From: Bacillota bacterium
GTDB taxonomy: Bacteria; Bacillota; UBA994
NCBI GenBank assembly: GCA_009773495.1
Contig: WSXW01000006.1
Coordinates: forward strand, 9,202-73,201
Length of the DNA stretch: 64,000 bases
Direction: 5' to 3'
In this document: positions 40,733-49,689 of the stretch, piece by piece
Layout of the letters: each line of letters opens with the position of its first letter
Position numbering within the stretch: position 1 is the first letter of the stretch
Made by a program: the position numbers and the translations under genes
The notes under the pieces: generated by a model
The model's database searches: none
What the model was told of the DNA's origin: nothing
Seen by the model: the letters and a program-made list of their open reading frames with translations, nothing else

Positions 40733-41011
40733 TCAGTTCACTCCAGACGCTCTTCTGCCCGGCATTCTCTCCATAGCCTCATTTTCCAAGAGCAGGTTCT
40801 CTTCGGATAATGACAAATTTGTCTCTGCCATCTCCAAATAACCTCTTTTAAGCACGTCACGCAACCTATGATAATGCTGAGTCTGCAGGTAAAAGCGCAT
40901 GGCGTCACGAATAAGCTCACTGCGATTCCCCTTGGTCTCGGCAACAAAACCGTCAACCTCTGCGAGTAGACTATCAGGAAGGGTAATCATAATTCGCTTC
41001 GTAATCGCCAT
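40733..41011 (-). CDS. mazE: MazE/EndoAI RHH antitoxin
   Basis: 92 aa with the ribbon-helix-helix N-terminus [16 protein letters not shown]. It ends 2 nt before mazF. Confidence 0.88.
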   Translation of the reverse strand: MAITKRIMITLPDSLLAEVDGFVAETKGNRSELIRDAMRFYLQTQHYHRLRDVLKRGYLEMAETNLSLSEENLLLENEAMERMPGRRASGVN

Positions 41012-41058
41012 GTTGCCACACCTCTTTCAGCTTTGGGGACATGCATATATATATACTG

Positions 41059-41088
41059 ATTATATATACGCTAATATAAGTGTGTCAA
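41059..41088 (-). promoter_or_regulatory. mazEF promoter overlapping a TA-rich palindrome
   Basis: Minus strand TTGACA, 18 nt, then TATAAT. It is followed by the imperfect inverted repeat GCGTATATATA...TATATATATGC containing a (TA)n run. Confidence 0.5.
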
Positions 41089-41140
41089 CAAACGGGGAGT
41101 TCATACGCCTACCCGCTCATTTCATCATATTTCCTTATAG

Positions 41141-42298
41141 CTAGCTACGTCCCAATAAAGTACGGGCCCTGACTGCCTGACCATTGCGCCAAAACACGCG
41201 TGGGACTCGTTTATTAACTAAACATGTGACCTCATAGTTAATCGTACCCATGAGTTCCGCGAGCTCATCTACAGTAATATCTGCCCCATTTTGGGAACCC
41301 ATCAAAATTATTTCGTCGCCCGCCACGACACTAACGTCAGTAACGTCAAACATGCACTGATCCATGCACACCTTGCCCACCAACGGTATGCGCTTGCCGT
41401 GCACTATGGCTTGCGCCGCATTTGATAATCGCCGGGAATAGCCATCAGCGTATCCGATGGGAACTGTAGCAATATGCCTACGTCCACTCGTTATATGAGT
41501 GCCACCATAACTAATGGGGGTCTGATCTTCGACCCATTTAAGGAAGGCTATACGTGACTTAAGTGACATAGCAGGACGCAACCGCAAAGCCTTGCGCAGA
41601 TGCTCGCTGGGGTACATACCGTAAAGACCTAGCCCTAGTCTCACCATATCGAAGTTGCTGTCTGGCAACGCCAATACGGCCGCAGTATTAGCAGCATGAC
41701 GCAGTAGACGGTGACCCCTAGCCCCAAGCTTAGTACAGGCATCACCAAACAGGCTAAGCTGTTGTCGGGCAGCAGAAAGGTCTGACGCGTCAGCTGACGC
41801 CAAATGGGTAAACGCGCCCTCCAGTTCGACATGCGGTAACTGCCCTAGGAACTCTGCAAAAGGCACTGCCTCTTTTGGGCGAACCCCAAGCCTACTCATG
41901 CCGGTATCAATTTTCATATGAACCTTGACGCGGCGTCCTAGGCGCGTGCCTGCACTAGACAACGCCTGTGCCGACTCGCGCTCAAATACTGTTGCCACAA
42001 GGCCTAATTTTACAACCTGTTCAGCAGACTCAGGTGGAGTATGGCCTAGGATGAGGATGGGAGCTCCTATACCCGCTCTGCGCAGCTCTACCGCTTCGTC
42101 GACTATCGCTACTCCCAAACGGGTGGCGCCTGCTGATAGGGCTGAGGCAGCAACCTCAGTAGCGCCATGCCCATAGGCATCAGCTTTAACCACAGCCATT
42201 ATTTCTACTGTTGCGGGAAGAATACTGCGAACTGCTTGCACGTTAAAGGAAATATTATCTAATGAAATATCGGCGGTAGTTGGACGGATATACTGCAC
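41141..42298 (-). CDS. alr: Alanine racemase
   Basis: 385 aa with AVVKADAYGHG (PLP lysine). Context alr-mazE-mazF as in Bacillus. Confidence 0.92.
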   Translation of the reverse strand: MQYIRPTTADISLDNISFNVQAVRSILPATVEIMAVVKADAYGHGATEVAASALSAGATRLGVAIVDEAVELRRAGIGAPILILGHTPPESAEQVVKLGLVATVFERESAQALSSAGTRLGRRVKVHMKIDTGMSRLGVRPKEAVPFAEFLGQLPHVELEGAFTHLASADASDLSAARQQLSLFGDACTKLGARGHRLLRHAANTAAVLALPDSNFDMVRLGLGLYGMYPSEHLRKALRLRPAMSLKSRIAFLKWVEDQTPISYGGTHITSGRRHIATVPIGYADGYSRRLSNAAQAIVHGKRIPLVGKVCMDQCMFDVTDVSVVAGDEIILMGSQNGADITVDELAELMGTINYEVTCLVNKRVPRVFWRNGQAVRARTLLGRS

Positions 42299-42370
42299 GT
42301 CTCTTCACTCCTTCATCCATATCAGTTCTACGAGTATATCTATCAACCTGCTTGAAAACAAAAAAATGGG

Positions 42371-42958
42371 CTAACGCCCGAGTCTGAACAAGTCTTCTGC
42401 AAGCCTTGGATTCAGGACTAGAGAGTTCACCCTTAGTTTAACACTGTCTGTACCCTTTACCAACGTGCACGACTCAGGTAGACCTGTACGTTTAGAGATG
42501 ACTACCTCACAATTATCCCAGCCTGACTGAGCTTTAACTGCTAGCTTTACTGAACTGAAGGTATCAGTAATTGTAGTGTTTTCCTTAGCCAGCTCCGCTA
42601 ACAACAACAAGAGAGGCATACCCCAGGGGAAAGGCCCTGTATTAGGCTCTCTTAGGCTCACCCACTCTTTTGTAGCCGAATAGTACGCCGCGGACGAGCC
42701 CGCCACACTGACGACTATCTGCTCAAGGCCCGTGCTTTGATACATAACCGTACGCAATTTATCAGGAGCTAAAAACCACTGCCTGACTTGATAAATCTGA
42801 CCGCCAATTTCCATATCTGCTTCCAGCTGATAGGACTCTACCTCATAGATTTTTTCAAGCATCAACTCAAGCAAACTAGTTCTAGTTTGCCGGAACGTAC
42901 ATCCGGCAACACTTATTACCAGTACCACTACCAACACACCACACAACCAACACCTCAC
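42371..42958 (-). CDS. YdcC-like lipoprotein (LolA-like fold family)
   Basis: Signal peptide with lipobox ISVAGC. Its position between acpS and alr matches B. subtilis ydcC. Confidence 0.6.
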   Translation of the reverse strand: MRCWLCGVLVVVLVISVAGCTFRQTRTSLLELMLEKIYEVESYQLEADMEIGGQIYQVRQWFLAPDKLRTVMYQSTGLEQIVVSVAGSSAAYYSATKEWVSLREPNTGPFPWGMPLLLLLAELAKENTTITDTFSSVKLAVKAQSGWDNCEVVISKRTGLPESCTLVKGTDSVKLRVNSLVLNPRLAEDLFRLGR

Positions 42959-43021
42959 AAAAACACCTCACAATATAATGCCACCTGAGGTTATTATGAC
43001 TTAGTTTGGCTGTGGATACTC

Positions 43022-43375
43022 TTACTCTAAAGTGACTGCACATGCCACTGCCAAGCCTGCGGCATGAGATATTGAGAGCTTAACGGTTGTTATGCCGCGG
43101 GATAAGGCAATTTCTGCGGCCTTGCCACGCAGATCAACTGATGGAGCACCTAAGGCATCACGCGAAATACAAATGTCCGTCGGACCAAATCCGTTATAAC
43201 CTGAACCTAGGGCCTTTGCTACCGCTTCCTTAGCAGCCCACAGACCGGCTAGAGTTTCTGCGTTCCCGCCTTGCTCCCCTTGGGCCAAGAGTTTCTCCAG
43301 AAATTTATCGCCATATTTCTCACGCATTCCAGAAATGCGTTCGATAGGAGTAATATCAATACCAATACCGATCAC
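43022..43375 (-). CDS. acpS: Holo-[acyl-carrier-protein] synthase
   Basis: 117 aa, MIGIGIDITPIERI...AAKEAVAKALG. Confidence 0.92.
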   Translation of the reverse strand: MIGIGIDITPIERISGMREKYGDKFLEKLLAQGEQGGNAETLAGLWAAKEAVAKALGSGYNGFGPTDICISRDALGAPSVDLRGKAAEIALSRGITTVKLSISHAAGLAVACAVTLE

Positions 43376-43406
43376 TTTTGGTCACTCCTCTACGGTTCCT
43401 CGTTCC

Positions 43407-43497
43407 TCATGCTCATGCTCATGCTCAGCGCTCAGCGCTCAGTGCTCACTGCTCAGTGCTCACTGCTCAATGCTTATTGCTCACTACCTGACCCTAA
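43407..43497. repeat. Short tandem array: 3 x TCATGC followed by 9 heptamers of the TCAnnGC family
   Basis: tcatgc x3, then tcagcgc tcagcgc tcagtgc tcactgc tcagtgc tcactgc tcaatgc ttattgc tcactac. It lies in the acpS / Fe-S gene divergent spacer. Confidence 0.9.
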
Positions 43498-43541
43498 GTC
43501 ATACTTTCTACTGGCTAATAACCACAAAGGAGTTGACACCA

Positions 43542-44786
43542 TTGGCACATAATACCACGCGCGACGGTTATTCTCAGCTCACACAACGGTTAAATAAGCT
43601 GCCCCAAGGCGCCCCACCTTCGGAACTATTGTACCAGATTTTGCGTTTGTTATTTTCACCGTATGAAGCTGAACTAGTGGCGAGATTACCAGTTGTGCCC
43701 TTTACTGCTATCACTGCAGCTAAGAGGTGGAAACTTCCTGTGGGCAAAGCTCAGAACATTTTGGAAAAGCTCTGCTCGCGAGCTCTCCTTCTTGATGCGG
43801 AACAAAAGGGAGAAGTAGTTTACACTCTTCCCCCTCCCATGGCAGGGTTTTTTGAGTTCTCACTTATGCGGGTACGAGGTGACGTAGACCAAAAACTGCT
43901 AGCTGAACTATTCTACCAATACCTCAATGTAGAAGACGAATTCGTAAAAGATCTTTTTTCGCTTGACCCTCCTCTCGGCAGAGTATTCGTTAACGAGAGC
44001 GCTCTAGAAGACAACGGTGTGTATATCCTTAGCTTTGAGCGGGCTAGCGAAGTAATCAAGACTGCTTCACATATCGGCGTGGGGATGTGTTACTGTCGTC
44101 ATAAAATGGAGCACGTTGGAGAGTCTTGCGATGCACCCCTGAATATCTGCCTCACCTTTGGTACCACTGCTGCCTCTTTGGCAAGACACGAATACAACAG
44201 GTTAGTAGACAAGAGTGAAGGGCTCGAACTCTTAGCACAGGCCTATGAGCATAATTTGGTACAGTGTGGTGAAAATGTGCGCCAAAATGTATCCTTTATC
44301 TGCAACTGCTGCGGTTGTTGTTGCGAGGCTCTCGTAGCTGAGCGCAAGTTCTCTATGCTTAGACCTGTCCACACAACCAACTTTCTACCAAAACTACAGC
44401 AGGAAGAGTGCACTCTTTGTGGTAAGTGCGTTAGAATCTGCCCACTAGGGATTATTAGCATAGACGAGGAGGTGCGTATAGACGGAGAACGTTGTTTGGG
44501 GTGTGGCGTATGCATACGCGCCTGTGGTTTCTCTGCCCTTCAGCTAACGCCTAGAGCCGCTAGGGTGATAACTCCACTTAACTCAGTGCACAGAATACTA
44601 CAGAACGCTATAGATAAAGGCACCCTCGAACAACTCGTGTTTGATAATCAAGTTCTCTTCAGCCATCGGGCTTCTGCCGCACTACTGGGAGCTATATTAA
44701 AACTGCCTCCGGCTAAGCAGTTGCTAGCAAGCAAGCAGTTCAAGTCACAGTACCTAGAATCTTTAATAAAACGCTTCTCAAGATAG
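43542..44786 (+). CDS. Cys-rich 4Fe-4S dicluster domain protein
   Basis: C-terminal CTLCGKCVRICP and CLGCGVCIRAC ferredoxin motifs, plus CYCRHKMEHVGESC and CNCCGCCCE clusters. TTG 43542 has AAGGAG 9 nt upstream. The ORF-track N-terminus (43335-43541) is a translation of the repeat array. Confidence 0.7.
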   Translation: MAHNTTRDGYSQLTQRLNKLPQGAPPSELLYQILRLLFSPYEAELVARLPVVPFTAITAAKRWKLPVGKAQNILEKLCSRALLLDAEQKGEVVYTLPPPMAGFFEFSLMRVRGDVDQKLLAELFYQYLNVEDEFVKDLFSLDPPLGRVFVNESALEDNGVYILSFERASEVIKTASHIGVGMCYCRHKMEHVGESCDAPLNICLTFGTTAASLARHEYNRLVDKSEGLELLAQAYEHNLVQCGENVRQNVSFICNCCGCCCEALVAERKFSMLRPVHTTNFLPKLQQEECTLCGKCVRICPLGIISIDEEVRIDGERCLGCGVCIRACGFSALQLTPRAARVITPLNSVHRILQNAIDKGTLEQLVFDNQVLFSHRASAALLGAILKLPPAKQLLASKQFKSQYLESLIKRFSR

Positions 44787-44941
44787 AACCGCCACGCTCC
44801 TACTACGCCAGCACAGTGTGCTATAAGATAGGGGGGTTCCGCAGAACTCCCCCTACATACAGGTCTCTCTATACTACTGTATTTTAACATGTGTGTTCAG
44901 TATAATCAGTGATCTCAGGGATACCTGTCCCCCTCCTCAGC

Positions 44942-46768
44942 CTACTCCACCGTCACGCTCTTGGCGAGATTACGAGGTTTGTCGACATCAGCGCCACGAG
45001 TTACAGCGGCGTAATAGGCTAAAAGTTGTAGCGGAACTACGGAGAGCATCGGTGCTAGCAATGGGTCGGTTTCTGGCAGCCTAATCTCCACGTCAGAAAT
45101 AGTACCTGTTACGTCGGCACAGCAACTACTAATGCTGACGGTGTATCCCCCACGGGCTCGCACCACCTCTACGTTACTAACCATTTTCTCTTGCAGCTCC
45201 GCCTGTGTAAACAAACATATTACAGGCGTGCCTGCAGTTATTAACGCTAGAGTGCCGTGCTTAAGCTCACCCGCTGCATATGCTTCGGCGTGAATGTAAG
45301 AAATCTCTTTAAGTTTAAGTGCGCCCTCTAGAGCCACGTTGAAGTCAAGTCCACGGCCGATGAAGAACACATGCTCACTCTTAGCCACGTGCTCGGCCAC
45401 AGCCTTGATTTTTTCCGCCTGCGCGATAATCTCTCCTACCTGCAGGGGTATCTCTCTTAGACCCCTCAGCAGTTCTTGTGCCCTTGTTACCTTGAGGGTC
45501 TTGCGCCCTAGACCTAACTCAATAGCCATTAAAGTGAGAGCGGCAAGCTGTGTAGTATATGCCTTGGTAGAAGCTACCGCAATTTCTGGCCCGGCCCAGG
45601 TGTGGAGAACGTGCTGCCCTTCACGAGAGACCGAGCTTCCCACTACGTTAGTAATTGCAACGACTGTACAACCCTGGCGCTTAGCCTCGCGCAGTGCTGC
45701 CAAAGTATCGGCTGTTTCACCTGACTGGCTGATGATTATTACTAGGTCATTGGGATTAAGCACTGGTTGACGGTATCTAAACTCCGATGCATAGTCTACT
45801 TCAACATGAATACGGGCCAGTCGCTCAATAAGCGTTTTTCCTACCAGCCCCGCATGATAAGCCGTACCACACGCTACCACCACAACCCGGTTAATACCCT
45901 TAATCATGTCGGATGTTAGACCGATTTCTTCAGCGAGGTTTGTGCCTTGCTCTAGGATACGGCCCGATAGGGTATCGCGGAGAGCTTTCGGTTGTTCATG
46001 TATTTCCTTAAGCATGAAGTGATCAAATCCAGCTTTTTCTGCAGCGACTTCATCCCAGGTGACTGTGAAAATATCTTTTTCGATTTCTTTCCCCTCTCGA
46101 TAGAAGCTCACGCCAGAGCTCCTGAGTACGGCCAAATCACCGTCATCCAATACAACTGTTTGCCTCGTATACGGGAGTAACGCTGGTATATCCGAGGCTA
46201 AGAAGTTCTCGCCTTGGCCTAAGCCAATGATAAGCGGACTATCTTGCCGATATGCTATAACCGTATTGGGATCTTCTGACGTGACAACTGCTAAAGCGTA
46301 CGCACCGCGCAGCTTGGCAACTACCTCAAATACGGCTGTTGCCAAGTCCCCTGCATAAACCTCCTCTAGCAGATGAGGTAATACTTCAGTATCTGTCTCA
46401 GTGACGAACCTATGCCCACGTGCCATTAGCTCACGGCGTAACTCGTTATAATTTTCAATTATGCCGTTGTGGACAACAGCAAAACGTGGCGTGCAACCGG
46501 TGTGGGGGTGAGCATTGACATCGTTGGGTGCCCCATGAGTGGCCCATCGTGTATGCCCAATACCGAGGCGAGCATCACGGTGAGGGTTGGCGCTAAGATA
46601 ACCCTCTAGGACAGATAACCGTCCAGCGTGTTTCTCTACAAATAACTCTTGCTCATTAAATAAGGCGATACCCGCGGAATCATAACCGCGATATTCTAAA
46701 CGGCGCAGGCCGTCGATAATTACATCTTCGGCTGCCCGTTGACCTACGTAGCCAACTATGCCACACAT
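44942..46768 (-). CDS. glmS: Glutamine-fructose-6-phosphate aminotransferase
   Basis: MCGIVGYVG Ntn start, two SIS domains, and C-terminal ...LAKSVTVE. ATG 46768 has TAGGAGG upstream. Confidence 0.95.
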   Translation of the reverse strand: MCGIVGYVGQRAAEDVIIDGLRRLEYRGYDSAGIALFNEQELFVEKHAGRLSVLEGYLSANPHRDARLGIGHTRWATHGAPNDVNAHPHTGCTPRFAVVHNGIIENYNELRRELMARGHRFVTETDTEVLPHLLEEVYAGDLATAVFEVVAKLRGAYALAVVTSEDPNTVIAYRQDSPLIIGLGQGENFLASDIPALLPYTRQTVVLDDGDLAVLRSSGVSFYREGKEIEKDIFTVTWDEVAAEKAGFDHFMLKEIHEQPKALRDTLSGRILEQGTNLAEEIGLTSDMIKGINRVVVVACGTAYHAGLVGKTLIERLARIHVEVDYASEFRYRQPVLNPNDLVIIISQSGETADTLAALREAKRQGCTVVAITNVVGSSVSREGQHVLHTWAGPEIAVASTKAYTTQLAALTLMAIELGLGRKTLKVTRAQELLRGLREIPLQVGEIIAQAEKIKAVAEHVAKSEHVFFIGRGLDFNVALEGALKLKEISYIHAEAYAAGELKHGTLALITAGTPVICLFTQAELQEKMVSNVEVVRARGGYTVSISSCCADVTGTISDVEIRLPETDPLLAPMLSVVPLQLLAYYAAVTRGADVDKPRNLAKSVTVE

Positions 46769-46794
46769 AAAGTGTCCTCCTATCAAATATGGAC

Positions 46795-46950
46795 TTCTCG
46801 GACTGCTTTACTCCTTGTCCGGTAAATTACTCTCCCGTTTTAAAAGTAAAGCTACGGTCGCCCGCAGACCGGGGGGCATCCGCCGAATTTCGATAATCCC
46901 CCACCTCGTCAGCACCTTGGCAGGATGTGATTGTTTAGAGCGTAGCGCTC
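46795..46950 (-). ncRNA. glmS ribozyme: glmS ribozyme/riboswitch
   Basis: The minus strand reads AGCGCUACGCU...CCAAGGUGCUGACGAGGUGGGGGAUUAUCGAAAUUCGGCGGAUGCCCCCCGGUCUGCGGG. This matches the conserved core (GACGAGG...AUCGAA.UUCGGCGGAUGCC.CCCGG) directly upstream of glmS. Confidence 0.85.
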
Positions 46951-47004
46951 TCAGCTTTCCGCTCTCAGCTCTTAAAGCGGATAGCGGTTAGCGGATAGCG
47001 AGCT
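46951..47004. repeat. 7-nt-periodic repeats upstream of the glmS ribozyme
   Basis: gctctcagct appears twice at 14-nt spacing, then gcggata gcggtta gcggata gcgagct (46977-47004). Confidence 0.85.
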
Positions 47005-47047
47005 CCCCACAGTCGTGCCTAACATCTTTAGTCAAGGGCTCAGGCGC

Positions 47048-48376
47048 TTACAGTTTATTCAACGCATCGACAACGACGTTTGCTGACTCAACAGCTAAAT
47101 CCTCTGTTTCGGCTTCGACCATTACGCGAACTATACGCTCAGTACCAGAAGGGCGCACTAAAATACGACCCCGGCTTTTAACCATGATCTCTGCCTTCTC
47201 TATCGCCTCCTTTACGTCAAAATTGTTCATAGCCTGGCATTTATCACGAACTGGGACATTTATAAGCACTTGCGGATAACGTTTTAGCCCAGCAGCTAAT
47301 TGTTTTAAAGAAGCCCTCGCTTGAGACATAGCTTTTAATAACATAACTGCTGTGAGCATCCCGTCACCAGTGGTGCTGTGGTTAAGGAAGATACAATGGC
47401 CAGACTGTTCTCCCCCCAATACCGCGCCACAGGCCAACATTTCTTGTAGAACATATCGGTCTCCGACAGAGGCACGGATTAGGGAAATATCCTCACGCTG
47501 TAAAACAGCATCAAGACCAAGGTTACTCATGACGGTGCCTACCACCAGTTTGTGATTAAGGTCGCCTGTTTGTTTAAGGTACATGGCACAAATATGCAGC
47601 ATATTGTCGCCATCAACAATTGCACCGTCTGCATCACAAGCGATAAGACGGTCGGCATCGCCATCAAACGCTAGGCCTAGATCAGCCCCTGCCTCTATAA
47701 CTCTACCAGCAAGAGCCTGGGGGTGGGTCGAACCAGACTTTACGTTTATGTTAATACCGTTAGGTACAGCATTTATAGCCACAACTTTTGCACCGAGAGC
47801 ATTTAGTAGGCGAGGCGCCAAGTTGAAGCTCGCTCCATTAGCAGCGTCCACTACAACTTTAAGCCCCTGCAAAGATATTGCAGCTGTATCCTTAAGATAT
47901 TGAAAATACTGCTCCTGCATACCTGTGTCGATGCTGTATGTGCCAACAGAATCACCTGTTACACGTATAGCGCCTGCGGGGCTGCGCACTAGTGCCTCGA
48001 TCGTATCCTCTACGGCGTCAGGAAGCTTAAAACCGGCATGCGTAAAAAACTTAATGCCATTGTCTATAGCAGGGTTATGGGATGCCGATATCATAGCGCC
48101 AATGGTGGCCGATCCATTCTTAGTGAGATAGGCCAACGCCGGGGTAGGCAATACGCCTAGGTCTACCACATTAGCTCCTGCAGACATGCACCCTGCGGCT
48201 AGCGCAAGGGCAAGCATATCACCAGAGACCCTTGTGTCTCTGCCTATGTAAATTAAGGGGACGTCAGTCTCCGTGCTTAGTGCAGATACAACTGCCCGCC
48301 CTAAGGAAGTCGCAAGTTCTGGGGTTAGTTCGGTATTAGCTTTGCCGCGGATTCCATCGGTACCAAATATACGCAT
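47048..48376 (-). CDS. glmM: Phosphoglucosamine mutase
   Basis: MRIFGTDGIRGKAN N-terminus and active-site SASHNP. ATG 48376 has AAAGGAGA upstream. Confidence 0.95.
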   Translation of the reverse strand: MRIFGTDGIRGKANTELTPELATSLGRAVVSALSTETDVPLIYIGRDTRVSGDMLALALAAGCMSAGANVVDLGVLPTPALAYLTKNGSATIGAMISASHNPAIDNGIKFFTHAGFKLPDAVEDTIEALVRSPAGAIRVTGDSVGTYSIDTGMQEQYFQYLKDTAAISLQGLKVVVDAANGASFNLAPRLLNALGAKVVAINAVPNGININVKSGSTHPQALAGRVIEAGADLGLAFDGDADRLIACDADGAIVDGDNMLHICAMYLKQTGDLNHKLVVGTVMSNLGLDAVLQREDISLIRASVGDRYVLQEMLACGAVLGGEQSGHCIFLNHSTTGDGMLTAVMLLKAMSQARASLKQLAAGLKRYPQVLINVPVRDKCQAMNNFDVKEAIEKAEIMVKSRGRILVRPSGTERIVRVMVEAETEDLAVESANVVVDALNKL

Positions 48377-48397
48377 GGTTTGTCTCCTTTCAAAACG

Positions 48398-48721
48398 GTC
48401 ATAAGTCATAAGTCACTAGGGGATTGCCGCCAAGGGGCTTTAAGGTGTAGGGGCACGACATGTCGTGCCCGCCAACCCAGCCGCCAGAGGGCTGTGGGCT
48501 TTAAGGGTAAGGCTTTAGGCTTTAGGCTTTAGAAGAGCATATAGAGATTAAGTCTCCTTCAGACAACATACTCCAGTCATCAGAAGACCGTTCCTCTGAA
48601 GACTTAAGGCTGATGACCCTCTACGAAGTACTAAGTACGAGGTACTAAGCACGCTCTCCCGTGTACTGTGTACCGTGTTCTGTGTACGATCTCCACTAGG
48701 GAACAAAGAACCAGGAACGAC
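48398..48721. repeat. Repeat-dense spacer: at least five heptamer arrays, a perfect 20-nt palindrome and nested inverted repeats
   Basis: Heptamer arrays are gtcataa x2 then gtcacta (48398-48418), ggcttta-type x5 (48497-48531), gaagtac taagtac gaggtac taagcac (48625-48652), gtgtact gtgtacc gtgttct gtgtacg (48661-48688) and gaacaaa gaaccag gaacgac (48701-48721). The palindrome gggcacgacatgtcgtgccc lies at 48451-48470. Confidence 0.9.
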
Positions 48722-48756
48722 ATCAGTCTGCTATGCTCCATGCGCCAGCTTCTCGC

Positions 48757-49689
48757 CTACGGCTTCGATACCACTATCATACGAATTAGGATATTGGAGG
48801 GTGCAACAAGATAACCACCCGGAGGCGCTTGGGGTGTAATTTCTACAGTAGTGTCCTTCACCACCTCAGATGTATCTACTGAGAGAACTATATTCCCTAT
48901 CTCCTGAAGCCGCTCGGGACTAGCCGCGACCTCTAGTCCTGGAATATCCACCTCAAAACGCACCTCTTGAACTCCAGGCGCGTAACCACCCTCACCCATA
49001 ACCTCTAGTGGCACCATCTTTGTAGGATAAATGGGTTGCCGATATTGCACATGAGGGGGGTTAACGGATAGTTGTAGAGCCTGCCCTTGAGTACTAATGG
49101 GCTCTAGTGGGAAACTTGCCGAAAAGGAATCCCTAAGACTTGAGACATCAAGCTCTATAATGAAAGGTGCTAGGTTGCCAACTGCGCTACGACCGCCGGT
49201 GACTACTACCGTAGCAGGTTCCACTGCCCCGGCGGGAGCGTAATATCCCGCTGGAGGAACTCCGGTTAAGGAGAGAACCACTGGCACTTGGGTGGAAATT
49301 ATCTGCTCCATGACAACCTGCACTCGAGACGGATTGGCACTAAGCACCTCGACCCCAGCCGGTAGTTCTACGCGAATGTTTAGATCGTGGGTACCTTCTC
49401 TTAACGTACGCAAGTCCACATAAGCCACTAGGTCCTGCACAGTGAGTCTGTTCAGAACATCCTGAGGGGCTCTAACATTTAAGGTTGTCGTATATGCAAT
49501 AGAACGTACTAAGTCAAACTCAGCTGCACGATTGCGGGTCTCTATTGCCACTCCCGCGAAACGTCGAGAATTAGTGTCGGCTTGCCGCACCGGATCCGAC
49601 GTAGATTTAACAAAGAACCACAACGCCAACGCCAAAACGAGGGCCAATACATGGTGAGCAATATTATCTCGACGAAATATCTTTTTCAC
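48757..49689 (-). CDS. cdaR: CdaA regulatory protein CdaR (YbbR-domain protein)
   Basis: N-terminal TM helix followed by repeated YbbR-like beta modules. The GTG at 49689 forms a GTGA overlap with the cdaA stop. Confidence 0.82.
   Translation of the reverse strand: MKKIFRRDNIAHHVLALVLALALWFFVKSTSDPVRQADTNSRRFAGVAIETRNRAAEFDLVRSIAYTTTLNVRAPQDVLNRLTVQDLVAYVDLRTLREGTHDLNIRVELPAGVEVLSANPSRVQVVMEQIISTQVPVVLSLTGVPPAGYYAPAGAVEPATVVVTGGRSAVGNLAPFIIELDVSSLRDSFSASFPLEPISTQGQALQLSVNPPHVQYRQPIYPTKMVPLEVMGEGGYAPGVQEVRFEVDIPGLEVAASPERLQEIGNIVLSVDTSEVVKDTTVEITPQAPPGGYLVAPSNILIRMIVVSKP

Noticed and set aside
40380-41011. mazEF as a mobile or accessory defence island
   Set aside because: It sits in the conserved acpS-ydcC-alr-ndoAI-ndoA arrangement of Bacilli and Clostridia, with no flanking mobility genes. 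I treat it as a core chromosomal toxin-antitoxin pair.
43335-43541. N-terminal 69 codons of the 483-aa ORF-track protein
   Set aside because: This part is the translation of the hexamer/heptamer array (SSCSCSCSALSAQCSLLSAHCS). A TTG at 43542 with AAGGAG at 9 nt gives a sensible start for the Fe-S protein.
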